Shown here in pieces: positions 47,531-55,780 of a DNA stretch of 56,039 nucleotides. The stretch's first letter is position 1; each line of letters begins with the position of its first letter. Under the pieces are notes generated by a model. That model saw nothing but the letters and a program-made list of their open reading frames with translations. It did not search any database and had not been told where the DNA came from. This stretch comes from a virus. Taxonomy: Duplodnaviria; Caudoviricetes. The position numbers and the translations under genes were made by a program. The stretch spans positions 1 through 56,039 of the IMG/VR virus record IMGVR_UViG_3300030099_001449, one strand, 5' to 3'.

Positions 47531-48321
47531 TAGAATGGAATCTCGTCACTGTCCTTATCAACTTTTGTTTGTGTTTGTTCAGGTGAATCTGTTTTAACTT
47601 CACCCTTGGCACTTGAGACATGCAAAGTCTTAGCCTGGTTAAAAAGATTACCATCTTGAATCAAACCAACTTTAGTAACAGAATAGTTAAAGTAAGTTTG
47701 ATTTTGTTTATTTGTCTCCTCTACAGTTTTAAGCATCCAAATGTTACCAAAGATAGGACATGGAGCAATCTTATTAGTCTTTGGATGAGTGATTGTCTGT
47801 AAGTTGATCTGTGTTTTCCACCTACGACTAACCTTGAGTGCTGTACTTTTCATATCAAGAACAGCTGGTGTCCAAGAACCATCACTAGATTTTACCAACA
47901 CAACATAGTTATCTGCCTTAACAACTTCATTGCCATTTGGTAAAGTTTCTGTTGCTCCTTCTCTTGTTGTCTGTGTAAGTACAGAATCTTTGGGATCTAT
48001 CTCACCTACAAATCCACCACCATCATCAAGAGATACCCATTCGGTATATTTAGTCTGAACGTAGCAAGGCACGATCTCTACACCTTTATCCCAATATTCT
48101 TGAGTAAGATTATTAAAGATATCACCTTGTCCACAACCATCTATAAACTTAGCATCAGACTTCTTAATCTCTGGTGACATGGCTTGTGCAATACGAATAA
48201 AAGGCATTTGCATTTCATCACTTGCAAAATCGGCCCCTGCACCTGCCATACTAAATAAATCATCAGCTAATTCTGTAGAAATTACTCCGTCCTTAACTGC
48301 ATTTGCTACTGCGTTTGCCAT
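47530..48321 (-). CDS. Putative single-stranded DNA-binding protein
   Basis: Position in the replication operon; acidic C-terminus DSDEIPF. Confidence 0.6.
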   Translation of the reverse strand: MANAVANAVKDGVISTELADDLFSMAGAGADFASDEMQMPFIRIAQAMSPEIKKSDAKFIDGCGQGDIFNNLTQEYWDKGVEIVPCYVQTKYTEWVSLDDGGGFVGEIDPKDSVLTQTTREGATETLPNGNEVVKADNYVVLVKSSDGSWTPAVLDMKSTALKVSRRWKTQINLQTITHPKTNKIAPCPIFGNIWMLKTVEETNKQNQTYFNYSVTKVGLIQDGNLFNQAKTLHVSSAKGEVKTDSPEQTQTKVDKDSDEIPF

Positions 48322-48890
48322 TATGCTTTCCTCCCTATACTAGCAACGTTTCTTACATAACCTCCCAACAAATCTAGATCTAAAGAAATGCCTTTCTCTA
48401 ATCCATCTTTGATGAAACTTTTTAATGTACTTGCATGAACTGAAGTCTTTTGAACTGGATCAAAACCTTTATCTTGTAAAAGACCAATCACATCACCAGC
48501 TAAATTATCTTCACCTTTTGAAAAGGACATGGTTACATCATTCTTAATAATACCATCATGTCCATTCTCTCGGAGCCATGCAAATGCAGCTTCTTTATTT
48601 GCTTCCGTAATCCTTGCATCAATTTTCTGCACAAGTTTTACCTCGACACCATTAAACGTGCCTCTGGTTTGACCCATTTCTTCCATCAATGCAGGTATAC
48701 GTTCTGTCTCAAGTTGATATTTAATTTTATTCAAACGTTTCAACTCTGTCTCCATATTTGAAATTTGATCATTCACGTCCTGGACTTGAGATACCAAGGA
48801 GCTAAGATCTTTACCAGTTTCTACGTTTACATCTTTTAATGCACTGGCTACATCAAACATGTCATCAAATATTTTTGTATCTGTATTCAT
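48321..48890 (-). CDS. Replication-module hypothetical protein
   Basis: Start MNTDTK after GGAG; AFAWLRENG..IIKN and VHASTLK motifs. Confidence 0.7.
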   Translation of the reverse strand: MNTDTKIFDDMFDVASALKDVNVETGKDLSSLVSQVQDVNDQISNMETELKRLNKIKYQLETERIPALMEEMGQTRGTFNGVEVKLVQKIDARITEANKEAAFAWLRENGHDGIIKNDVTMSFSKGEDNLAGDVIGLLQDKGFDPVQKTSVHASTLKSFIKDGLEKGISLDLDLLGGYVRNVASIGRKA

Positions 48891-48923
48891 TAAACACTCC
48901 ATTGTTTTTGTTTCAGATAAGGA

Positions 48924-48952
48924 TTGACAAATCATTTCGTCATCCGTAATGT
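48924..48952 (+). promoter_or_regulatory. Sigma70-like promoter for the SNF2 helicase
   Basis: TTGACA-N17-TAATGT. Confidence 0.55.
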
Positions 48953-48973
48953 GGAGTATAGTGGAGATATATA

Positions 48974-50446
48974 ATGAATGTCAACTACAAATATAAAACA
49001 AAACCATATAAGCACCAAGAGATTGCTTTGCAGAAGTCTCAAGGTAAAAAAGAGTATGGATATTTTATGGAGATGGGAACCGGGAAGTCTAAAGTTTTAA
49101 TAGATGAACTAGGTATTTTGTATTTAAAAGGTGAAATAAATTTTGCTCTAATCATAGCACCAAAGGGTGTCTATCGGAACTGGGTATCCAAAGAGATACC
49201 AGAACATATGTCTCAAGAGGTTCCTCATAGAGTGATTCGTTGGGTAGCTAATCCAAATAAAACACAACAAACAGAACTACAATCCATCAAAAAGTCCTTT
49301 TCCGGTCTAACTATATTCGTCATGAATGTAGAAGCCTTCTCAACTATAAAAGGTAAGAAGGCTGGAGTTTGGTTAGGTGGTGCGCTTGGCAGCTTTGGTC
49401 TTATAGCTATTGACGAATCAACCACAATCAAAAACCACAAGGCCAAACGCTCAAAAAATTTAGTAAATATTTCAGAAAAATTCAAGTACAAAAGAATATT
49501 AACTGGATCTCCAATAACAAGATCACCTCTGGATATCTATCAACAATGTGAATTTTTAAGACCAGGACTCTTAGGACATGAAAACTATTATAGCTTTCAA
49601 GGCATGTATGCTGTTATTAATAGAAGATCTATGGGATCTCATTCCTTTCAACAAGTTGTAGGATACCGAAATCTCGATACTTTAACCTCGCTTCTTGATT
49701 TGTACTCTTATCGTGTACTCAAAAAAGATTGTTTGGATTTACCGGAAAAACTTTATACTGCTAGGTACGTTAGTCTCACTGATGAACAAGCCAGAATGTA
49801 TTCCAAACTTAAAAATGAAGCTATGGTTTTACTTGATAAAGGTGAACTGGTTACTGCACCAGCTATCATCACACAAATGTTACGGCTCCAACAAGTCATG
49901 TCTGGTCATTTAAAAACAGATGATGGTGAAATGGTTTACTTTCAATCCAAAAGAATGGATGCCTTGGAAGAAATACTAGAGGAACATGATGGTAAGTCTA
50001 TTATATGGTCAAGGTTTCGATACGATATCATACAGATAACAAAACGTTTGAATGAAAAGTTTGGACCCAATTCTGCAGCTTCGTTCTTTGGTGATACACC
50101 AGATGAAACGAGACAAAGAATTATTGAGAACTTTCAAAACCCAAATCATCCTTTAAGATTTTTTATAGGTAATCCTGCTACTGCTGGATATGGATTAACT
50201 TTGACACAAGCTAACCTTGTCATTTATTATGCAAATGATTTTAATTTAGATACAAGGATGCAATCAGAAGATAGGTGTCATAGAATAGGTCAGAAAAATT
50301 CTGTAACTTATATTGATCTAATTTCAGAGGGAACGATAGATGAACAGATTGTAAAATCACTTCGTAATAAAATTAATTTAAGTGCAAAAGTATTAGGAGA
50401 GGAAGCAAGGCAATGGCTAAGTCTAAAACCCAAGAGCAATTTATAG
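48974..50446 (+). CDS. SNF2-like SF2 helicase
   Basis: EMGTGKS, IDES, LTGSP and QSEDRCHRIGQ motifs. Confidence 0.9.
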   Translation: MNVNYKYKTKPYKHQEIALQKSQGKKEYGYFMEMGTGKSKVLIDELGILYLKGEINFALIIAPKGVYRNWVSKEIPEHMSQEVPHRVIRWVANPNKTQQTELQSIKKSFSGLTIFVMNVEAFSTIKGKKAGVWLGGALGSFGLIAIDESTTIKNHKAKRSKNLVNISEKFKYKRILTGSPITRSPLDIYQQCEFLRPGLLGHENYYSFQGMYAVINRRSMGSHSFQQVVGYRNLDTLTSLLDLYSYRVLKKDCLDLPEKLYTARYVSLTDEQARMYSKLKNEAMVLLDKGELVTAPAIITQMLRLQQVMSGHLKTDDGEMVYFQSKRMDALEEILEEHDGKSIIWSRFRYDIIQITKRLNEKFGPNSAASFFGDTPDETRQRIIENFQNPNHPLRFFIGNPATAGYGLTLTQANLVIYYANDFNLDTRMQSEDRCHRIGQKNSVTYIDLISEGTIDEQIVKSLRNKINLSAKVLGEEARQWLSLKPKSNL

Positions 50447-50658
50447 AAGCAGTTTGTGATTATAAAAAAGGTTGGACCAATCTAACAAATGCTTCTGCCG
50501 CGATAACAGAAATAAGTGGATTGTCTCCAGAAATAGCTAAAACCTTTTTAAAATATATGAAACGTAACAACGTTACACAAATACGTGGCTACTCGAAAGA
50601 GCCAGAAAGATTATTAAAAGGTAAGAAGGGTAAGCCTAACGAACTTAAATCACGTTAA
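50413..50658 (+). CDS. Hypothetical protein
   Basis: ORF overlapping the end of the helicase gene, same strand. Confidence 0.6.
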   Translation: MAKSKTQEQFIEAVCDYKKGWTNLTNASAAITEISGLSPEIAKTFLKYMKRNNVTQIRGYSKEPERLLKGKKGKPNELKSR

Positions 50659-50680
50659 CGGCGTTAGCGTTAATGTTTTT
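50655..50680 (+). terminator. Weak intrinsic terminator
   Basis: TTAACG...CGTTAA stem followed by TGTTTTT. Confidence 0.4.
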
Positions 50681-50685
50681 AGAAT

Positions 50686-50771
50686 AAAAAAAGGGAAGGT
50701 CATGGAGAGAACCTTCCCTAGTTAAATCCCCACGGGCAAACGAGGGGATTGTTCGGAGGGAAATGTGAACA
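50686..50771 (-). ncRNA. Candidate three-hairpin sRNA with anti-Shine-Dalgarno loops, ending in a terminator
   Basis: Minus-strand stems UGUUC/GAACA, AAUCCCC/GGGGAUU and AGGGAAGGU/ACCUUCCCU plus U-tract; loops ACAUUUCCCUCC, UUUGCC and UCUCUCCAUG. Confidence 0.5.
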
Positions 50772-50785
50772 TGTATCCAAGCATA

Positions 50786-50968
50786 TCATCCTTTTTGATT
50801 CTTGTCTTTTACTATTTCATACAAACTTGTATCAGATTTTATATTCCAAGGGTTATAGCATTGCTCTCCTTGACAACAATCATCTATGATTTGTCTGCAC
50901 ATTTCACATTGTGTGTGACCATGAACGTATAAAGGGTCTCCTTCATGTCCACATCTATTACATAACAT
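50786..50968 (-). CDS. Small Cys-rich protein
   Basis: CNRC...VHGH.QC..C...CC. Confidence 0.7.
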   Translation of the reverse strand: MLCNRCGHEGDPLYVHGHTQCEMCRQIIDDCCQGEQCYNPWNIKSDTSLYEIVKDKNQKG

Positions 50969-51186
50969 TACTCTCTGCCCCCACTAACTGATCTCCATAA
51001 TTCATCCGGTCTCCCCGGTATTGGTTCGTGAACATATTTAAAAGACTTCCAACATCCACCCTCTACATAAGCATCTTTGTGAGCAATTTTTGAAGCAGCT
51101 TCACAGTCTGCTTCAGTCTCAAAATTAAACACCATCAACATACTATACAAGACTACTTGTTTTCCTATAACCGCTCCTTCAAACAT
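50968..51186 (-). CDS. Hypothetical protein
   Basis: Coupled ORF; F.TEADC motif. Confidence 0.6.
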   Translation of the reverse strand: MFEGAVIGKQVVLYSMLMVFNFETEADCEAASKIAHKDAYVEGGCWKSFKYVHEPIPGRPDELWRSVSGGRE

Positions 51187-51349
51187 TTTTTCTAAACTTT
51201 AAATCGTGATATTCTCTGCGGATGATTACAGATAGTTGTCTTGTCATAGTTCTTTGATCCAAGTCTGCAAGTTCTTTTAACTTTTCGTGATCATCCGGGA
51301 GCAAAGCCACATTCCTAAATGGTTGTTCTTTTTTTTCGTCCTTTTTCAT
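51179..51349 (-). CDS. Ribbon-helix-helix DNA-binding protein, 56 aa (not in ORF track)
   Basis: AAGGAG RBS; FRNVALLPDDHEKLKELADLDQRTMTRQLSVII fits the Arc/CopG pattern. Confidence 0.7.
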   Translation of the reverse strand: MKKDEKKEQPFRNVALLPDDHEKLKELADLDQRTMTRQLSVIIRREYHDLKFRKNV

Positions 51350-51479
51350 TTCAATCTCCTTTTAAAACTGTCACACCACTTTTTTCTTTTTTTGTATATT
51401 TTATTTATTTAAAAAAGAATAAAACTAACTGTGACACCTACTAGTTGTAGTTTTGTTATAAATAACTTGTTTATAGGAG

Positions 51480-51731
51480 TCAAGCATCCTGAAATATAGG
51501 TGCAATATTAGTAGCAGCTTTTACTCTCATGGCTCGATACTTGATCATGTCTCTCTTGTCTGCATAGTTTAGCAAGACATGTGCATCAAAGATATCTCCC
51601 GGCTGCACATCCATGCGAGTTACGAGTCGTTCTGATAGAAAGACTTGGTCTCCTTGTTCAGTAATTGCAAATGCACTACCACTATCCGTCAAATACTCTA
51701 CAAGTATTTGTTTTGTTTTTTCTTCATTCAT
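51480..51731 (-). CDS. Hypothetical protein, possibly OB-fold-like
   Basis: GSAFA....GDQVF; ATGA coupling. Confidence 0.65.
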   Translation of the reverse strand: MNEEKTKQILVEYLTDSGSAFAITEQGDQVFLSERLVTRMDVQPGDIFDAHVLLNYADKRDMIKYRAMRVKAATNIAPIFQDA

Positions 51732-51907
51732 ATATCTATTCCTTTCTTTCTAAGATTATTTATGTATTCTTTTAATTCTTCTGTGGCTATTGCCAGTTTA
51801 CTCTCTGCATTTGGATCTTTATCTCTGAGCCAATCCGTTTGATACTTATCCACCTCGCTCCTAAGATGTTTCAAAGCATACTCCTCACCTAGACTTGGTT
51901 TTGCCAT
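51728..51907 (-). CDS. 59-aa hypothetical protein (not in ORF track)
   Basis: AAGGAG RBS; MAKPSLGEEYALKHLRSEVD...LRKKGIDI. Confidence 0.6.
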   Translation of the reverse strand: MAKPSLGEEYALKHLRSEVDKYQTDWLRDKDPNAESKLAIATEELKEYINNLRKKGIDI

Positions 51908-52067
51908 TTTTATTTGCTCCTTTTAAAAAAGTTCTAAGTGCCTCTGGTATATGTTTACCACCATTTCTCCATCTATGTTGGTTCGCCCACCTATTTGCGT
52001 GTTCTTTTTTCTTATCATAAAATTTATGTATACCAAATTCCTCTTGCATTTTTTTACTCACGTTCAA
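51885..52067 (-). CDS. Hypothetical protein
   Basis: AAGGAG RBS; 4-nt overlap with the upstream ORF. Confidence 0.5.
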   Translation of the reverse strand: MNVSKKMQEEFGIHKFYDKKKEHANRWANQHRWRNGGKHIPEALRTFLKGANKNGKTKSR

Positions 52068-53317
52068 GCTCCTTTTTTATTTAATACGTATTCTTTGTGT
52101 ACTCTACCCATAGATAAGTTTCCTCTCTCATGTGGCTTCACCCAAACTTTTCTACCATCTTTTAAAACTCTTATGTGTCCTCGAACTTCATGTCTTCTTT
52201 TAGCTATGCCAGTTCCACCAAAAATTTGATCTTTAATCTGATATCCCTTCTCTTTTGGTAAGTCTATCTCTACAATTTCAAACGTATCTCCCTTTGGTGG
52301 GTGTATAAAATGTTGTTTACTCCCTTCACTTTCTATGACTTTGTTGGGAGCTATCCAATCGTAGTTAAGAGTTTGTAATAATGAGAGACAATTCTTCACA
52401 TCCTTTGCGTAAATCTCTTCATACTCTTTCATTTTTTCCTCTACTCCTGGTTGATCCCAAAAGTTATCAATTAACTCTTTGTTCACAACGTATTTATAGA
52501 AGTCATCTTTCTTCGACCAAACTTGCTTCCCCGGTTTACCTAAAAAATCAACTTGAATAATGATAGGTAGCTGGTATTCAAACCCTTCTTTATCAAAATA
52601 AATTCTTCTAAAATTGTAGACTAATTCTGCGTTCTTTTTAGGAAAAATATGAAACCCAACTTTAGGATAAATTTTAGTTTGTGTTTTTCTACAGAGTATG
52701 GGGTCATTACAAAATTCAATAAACAAGTTATCAAAACATGGTAACATATCATCTATCTCATTTGGAAAAATAGGAGTGTTCTTAGTACCCTTTATAGTAA
52801 AGTCATCATGTTCTAATTGATCTTGCCAGTCTTTGCCTAGTATTTTGGTTTCGTATACCCAATCCATCAAATTATTGTTAGCTGCAAACTTCTTACTGTG
52901 CCTTAACTTTATCTTCTCTTTCATCAATACTTGTTTCATTTCTCTAGGGTTATCTATGCCATGCCTCCTTAAATAACCAAGAGACTTTGACGCATTGTTT
53001 ACAATGGTTTGAAAGTACATATCAAAAACACTTTTATCTCCATCCTTGAATAGCATTGGAGTTCTGTTATCAAATTCAAAAAAAGATAGGGCAGCAGAAG
53101 TAAATCTAATCTTCTCATCAGTTGAATTTTTAAACCTTTGAGAAGGAGTGGTTGGGGTAAAGTTGGTGGAAGTATAATCTCCCACCAAGCCAGAAGTAAA
53201 AGCTCTGTCATCATAAGTTTTTTTGTCAAGTTTACCTTTTCCTAACTTCTTTTGGAAGTTGCCTCCTCTCCATTTGACACCCGTTTTTTTAAATCCTCGC
53301 TTTACTGCCACTGTCAA
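52064..53317 (-). CDS. Hypothetical 417-aa protein with His-rich C-terminal motif
   Basis: RRHEVRGHIR...VWVKPHERG; AAGGAG RBS with TTG start. Confidence 0.7.
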   Translation of the reverse strand: MTVAVKRGFKKTGVKWRGGNFQKKLGKGKLDKKTYDDRAFTSGLVGDYTSTNFTPTTPSQRFKNSTDEKIRFTSAALSFFEFDNRTPMLFKDGDKSVFDMYFQTIVNNASKSLGYLRRHGIDNPREMKQVLMKEKIKLRHSKKFAANNNLMDWVYETKILGKDWQDQLEHDDFTIKGTKNTPIFPNEIDDMLPCFDNLFIEFCNDPILCRKTQTKIYPKVGFHIFPKKNAELVYNFRRIYFDKEGFEYQLPIIIQVDFLGKPGKQVWSKKDDFYKYVVNKELIDNFWDQPGVEEKMKEYEEIYAKDVKNCLSLLQTLNYDWIAPNKVIESEGSKQHFIHPPKGDTFEIVEIDLPKEKGYQIKDQIFGGTGIAKRRHEVRGHIRVLKDGRKVWVKPHERGNLSMGRVHKEYVLNKKGA

Positions 53318-54452
53318 TCTCCTTTTTTATAGCTAATCCTATTTGCATGGCAATTTGTGGAACGATTGCATTGCCTAGTCCTTTAAGTCTGTCCACCCTT
53401 TTGGGTATCCCATTAGCCACTCGACCCACATTGGGTTCAGCGAACCAGATGCCTTCGTCTGTGTAGACTCTACCATTCGATTTTCCACCATGTCCGGTAA
53501 AGAGTTCGTTGGAGTCCTTCCAGATTTCTTTAGGGCCTCTGGTTTCCTCGATCCCTTGTAATCCCTCGCCATTGGCGTTGGCCACATGTGAACTGGCTCT
53601 GGATCTTCTGCGTCCTTCACTGCTGAAATCAAGTTGATCTGATGGTTCTTCTCGATCAAATTCTCCTTGGACCTCGGTCCTCTGTTCCCATCCCAAGCAT
53701 TTGGTGTAGGCCATAGTTTCATGGTCTCCTCGTCCACTTGCTCCCTCAAATTGCTTGGCTTGGATCTCCCCTTTCTGTGACCCTCTTGCATCTTCCTCGT
53801 TGCTTCCTCTGATCTGGGTGGTAGATGATCCATTGTGTTGGGTGTCGCCCATAGTTGTTCGTGTTGAACTTGTGCGAATAGATTGTGCTTCTTCGCTTTC
53901 TGTTCCCCCAACCTTTTCTTCGCTGACTCGAAACTCTCCTCGCCCCCCACTCGAGGAGTCGCCCACATTCTTGCAGACGATCCAGAGTCTGTCTCTCCTA
54001 TGGGGCGCATTTTTGGCACAAGCTGGTACAATAAACGTCCTTGTGGCGTAGCCTTGGTTTTCCATGTCAGATAACACTTTGTCGAGACCCAAGGCAACGT
54101 GACCATAAACGTTTTCGAAAACGCACCAAGAGGGTCTTTTGAATGTAACAATTCTAAAGATGTACGGCCAGATGTGGCGGTCATCTTCTTCTCCTTTCCT
54201 AAGTCCTGCGACTGAGAATGGTTGACATGGGTATCCGGCAGTGAGGATATCGTGGTTGGGAACAAGTCTTTCTGGGTCATCTGCTAACTCCTTTACGTCT
54301 GTAGCTATTGGTGTATTTGGAAAATTCTTTGCGAGTATTTGTCTGCACCACTTCTCTGTGTCACAGAACATAATGGTCTTGGATAGTTCAGCCCAAGAAA
54401 ATCCCAAGCTGAACCCACCAATTCCAGAACATAAATCTACATGTCTAAGCAT
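53289..54452 (-). CDS. DNA (cytosine-5) methyltransferase, catalytic chain
   Basis: Motif I LCSGIGG, IV GYPCQ, VI ENV, VIII RRDR, X RLKGLGNA; motif IX not evident in this frame. Confidence 0.9.
   Translation of the reverse strand: MLRHVDLCSGIGGFSLGFSWAELSKTIMFCDTEKWCRQILAKNFPNTPIATDVKELADDPERLVPNHDILTAGYPCQPFSVAGLRKGEEDDRHIWPYIFRIVTFKRPSWCVFENVYGHVALGLDKVLSDMENQGYATRTFIVPACAKNAPHRRDRLWIVCKNVGDSSSGGRGEFRVSEEKVGGTESEEAQSIRTSSTRTTMGDTQHNGSSTTQIRGSNEEDARGSQKGEIQAKQFEGASGRGDHETMAYTKCLGWEQRTEVQGEFDREEPSDQLDFSSEGRRRSRASSHVANANGEGLQGIEETRGPKEIWKDSNELFTGHGGKSNGRVYTDEGIWFAEPNVGRVANGIPKRVDRLKGLGNAIVPQIAMQIGLAIKKEIDSGSKARI
53375..54280 (-). CDS. Alternative-frame partner chain of the C5 methyltransferase
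   Basis: AAGGAG 7 nt before ATG; four W(A/P)TP repeats; motif IX-like LNPMWVEWLMGYP. Confidence 0.75.
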   Translation of the reverse strand: MTQKDLFPTTISSLPDTHVNHSQSQDLGKEKKMTATSGRTSLELLHSKDPLGAFSKTFMVTLPWVSTKCYLTWKTKATPQGRLLYQLVPKMRPIGETDSGSSARMWATPRVGGEESFESAKKRLGEQKAKKHNLFAQVQHEQLWATPNTMDHLPPRSEEATRKMQEGHRKGRSKPSNLREQVDEETMKLWPTPNAWDGNRGPRSKENLIEKNHQINLISAVKDAEDPEPVHMWPTPMARDYKGSRKPEALKKSGRTPTNSLPDMVENRMVESTQTKASGSLNPMWVEWLMGYPKGWTDLKD

Positions 54453-54621
54453 TTGGATCGTACTCCTCTATGTCTGTATACGCATCTACACCATCATTCA
54501 TTCTGTCGAAAACAGATTGTTCTGCTTTGGTGTGTGCCTCAACTATGTTTTTAGCTTTCACCTCAACAAAATCTTCATAGGTTACTCGAACTCTAAGATA
54601 ATATTTTTTCTTTTTACTCAT
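54445..54621 (-). CDS. 58-aa hypothetical protein (not in ORF track)
   Basis: MSKKKKYYLRVRVTYEDFVEVKAKNIVEA...; overlaps both neighbours. Confidence 0.6.
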   Translation of the reverse strand: MSKKKKYYLRVRVTYEDFVEVKAKNIVEAHTKAEQSVFDRMNDGVDAYTDIEEYDPNA

Positions 54622-55027
54622 CATTCATCCCCACATCTACGTCAAGATAACCACAGAACATGTCTGCCTCGTCACGATAAAACCATCTGCAATACTCAAT
54701 CTTATCGCCAAACTTTTCATTAATCTTTTCTAAGATAGGTTGAGGTGGGGACCATGCAGTAAAAAATTCCATGCGAACATAACTGTCATCATCATCCTCA
54801 ATGGTAACTTTATCACCAAACTTGTAGGCATCCCATTTCGTACCCCAATTATTACAACACCAATCGTAATCCCATTCGCCATTTGGCAATGGTACAATTG
54901 CATTGAACGTAAAAGGTATCTCCTCTCCCTCTTGGTCTTTGCCTTTTACAAATTCAAGAAACTTTTCTGTCGTTCCTCGATCCTTGAAACTTATATACAC
55001 TTCGTTTGTACAATGATTAGGCATCAC
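54614..55027 (-). CDS. YubB/DUF1281 ferredoxin-like fold protein
   Basis: MPNHC.N, YDW...NWGTKW and F.TAWSPP motifs. Confidence 0.8.
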   Translation of the reverse strand: MMPNHCTNEVYISFKDRGTTEKFLEFVKGKDQEGEEIPFTFNAIVPLPNGEWDYDWCCNNWGTKWDAYKFGDKVTIEDDDDSYVRMEFFTAWSPPQPILEKINEKFGDKIEYCRWFYRDEADMFCGYLDVDVGMNDE

Positions 55028-55224
55028 TTCTCTCCTTCAATAAATAAAAATCCACCACCATTTCCCTCTGGGTCTTGAGAAACTACAAGATCAAGTTTCT
55101 CATCTCCTCTTTGTACTTTTAAAACAGTAAAGGGATCAAAGTCACTTTCCTCAACATCAACTCCAATAATCCTAAACCCAATCAAAGGTTCAACATGTTT
55201 CCTATAACTATCTAATTTTGTCAT
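55024..55224 (-). CDS. Hypothetical protein
   Basis: SQDPEGNGGGFL motif; coupled ORF. Confidence 0.7.
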   Translation of the reverse strand: MTKLDSYRKHVEPLIGFRIIGVDVEESDFDPFTVLKVQRGDEKLDLVVSQDPEGNGGGFLFIEGEK

Positions 55225-55394
55225 TACTTTCTCCCCTCTAAAAATCTAAATAAATCCATTTGAATATTTACCAAAGACATCTCGTCTTCCAACTTACGCA
55301 AATGCTCCTCTGCTTCTGCATAAGTATCAAAGGTCTCGTGAGTGGGATCAATCTCCCACTCACCTACACCATTCTTGCAAGGCACTATCCTCAT
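55224..55394 (-). CDS. 56-aa acidic early protein with QMDLF motif (not in ORF track)
   Basis: MRIVPCKNGVGEWEID...VNIQMDLFRFLEGRK; ATGA and TAATG coupling. Confidence 0.6.
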   Translation of the reverse strand: MRIVPCKNGVGEWEIDPTHETFDTYAEAEEHLRKLEDEMSLVNIQMDLFRFLEGRK

Positions 55395-55780
55395 GATGCT
55401 TTCCTAAAATAAGTATCAATATCTTTTTGAGATAAACTATAATCAGAACCATCATTCTCATTACGACATACCCAAGGCTTTGTCCTTGCCCTAGATCTAT
55501 AACCAACAATCTTAAATAAATACTTACCCAACTTAACTTGTTTATCAAAGTCAATGTGAGACATAAAAGGTTTGATATCATCCAAGGACTTTTCGTTCTC
55601 GCTCCTCGCACCCTCAATCTCAATACGACATTTGAAAGTAACTGAGTCCTCATTATAAGAAGCATTACCAAAGTCTAAGGTAATACCTAGTTCATCTTTA
55701 AACATGTCAGAAAGTTTTTTATTCAAATGCTCACGCAACTTGGTACATGTAGCACGATCTATTTTAGTAATCTTTGTCAT
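55391..55780 (-). CDS. Hypothetical early protein
   Basis: First gene after the promoter; AAGGAG RBS. Confidence 0.75.
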   Translation of the reverse strand: MTKITKIDRATCTKLREHLNKKLSDMFKDELGITLDFGNASYNEDSVTFKCRIEIEGARSENEKSLDDIKPFMSHIDFDKQVKLGKYLFKIVGYRSRARTKPWVCRNENDGSDYSLSQKDIDTYFRKAS

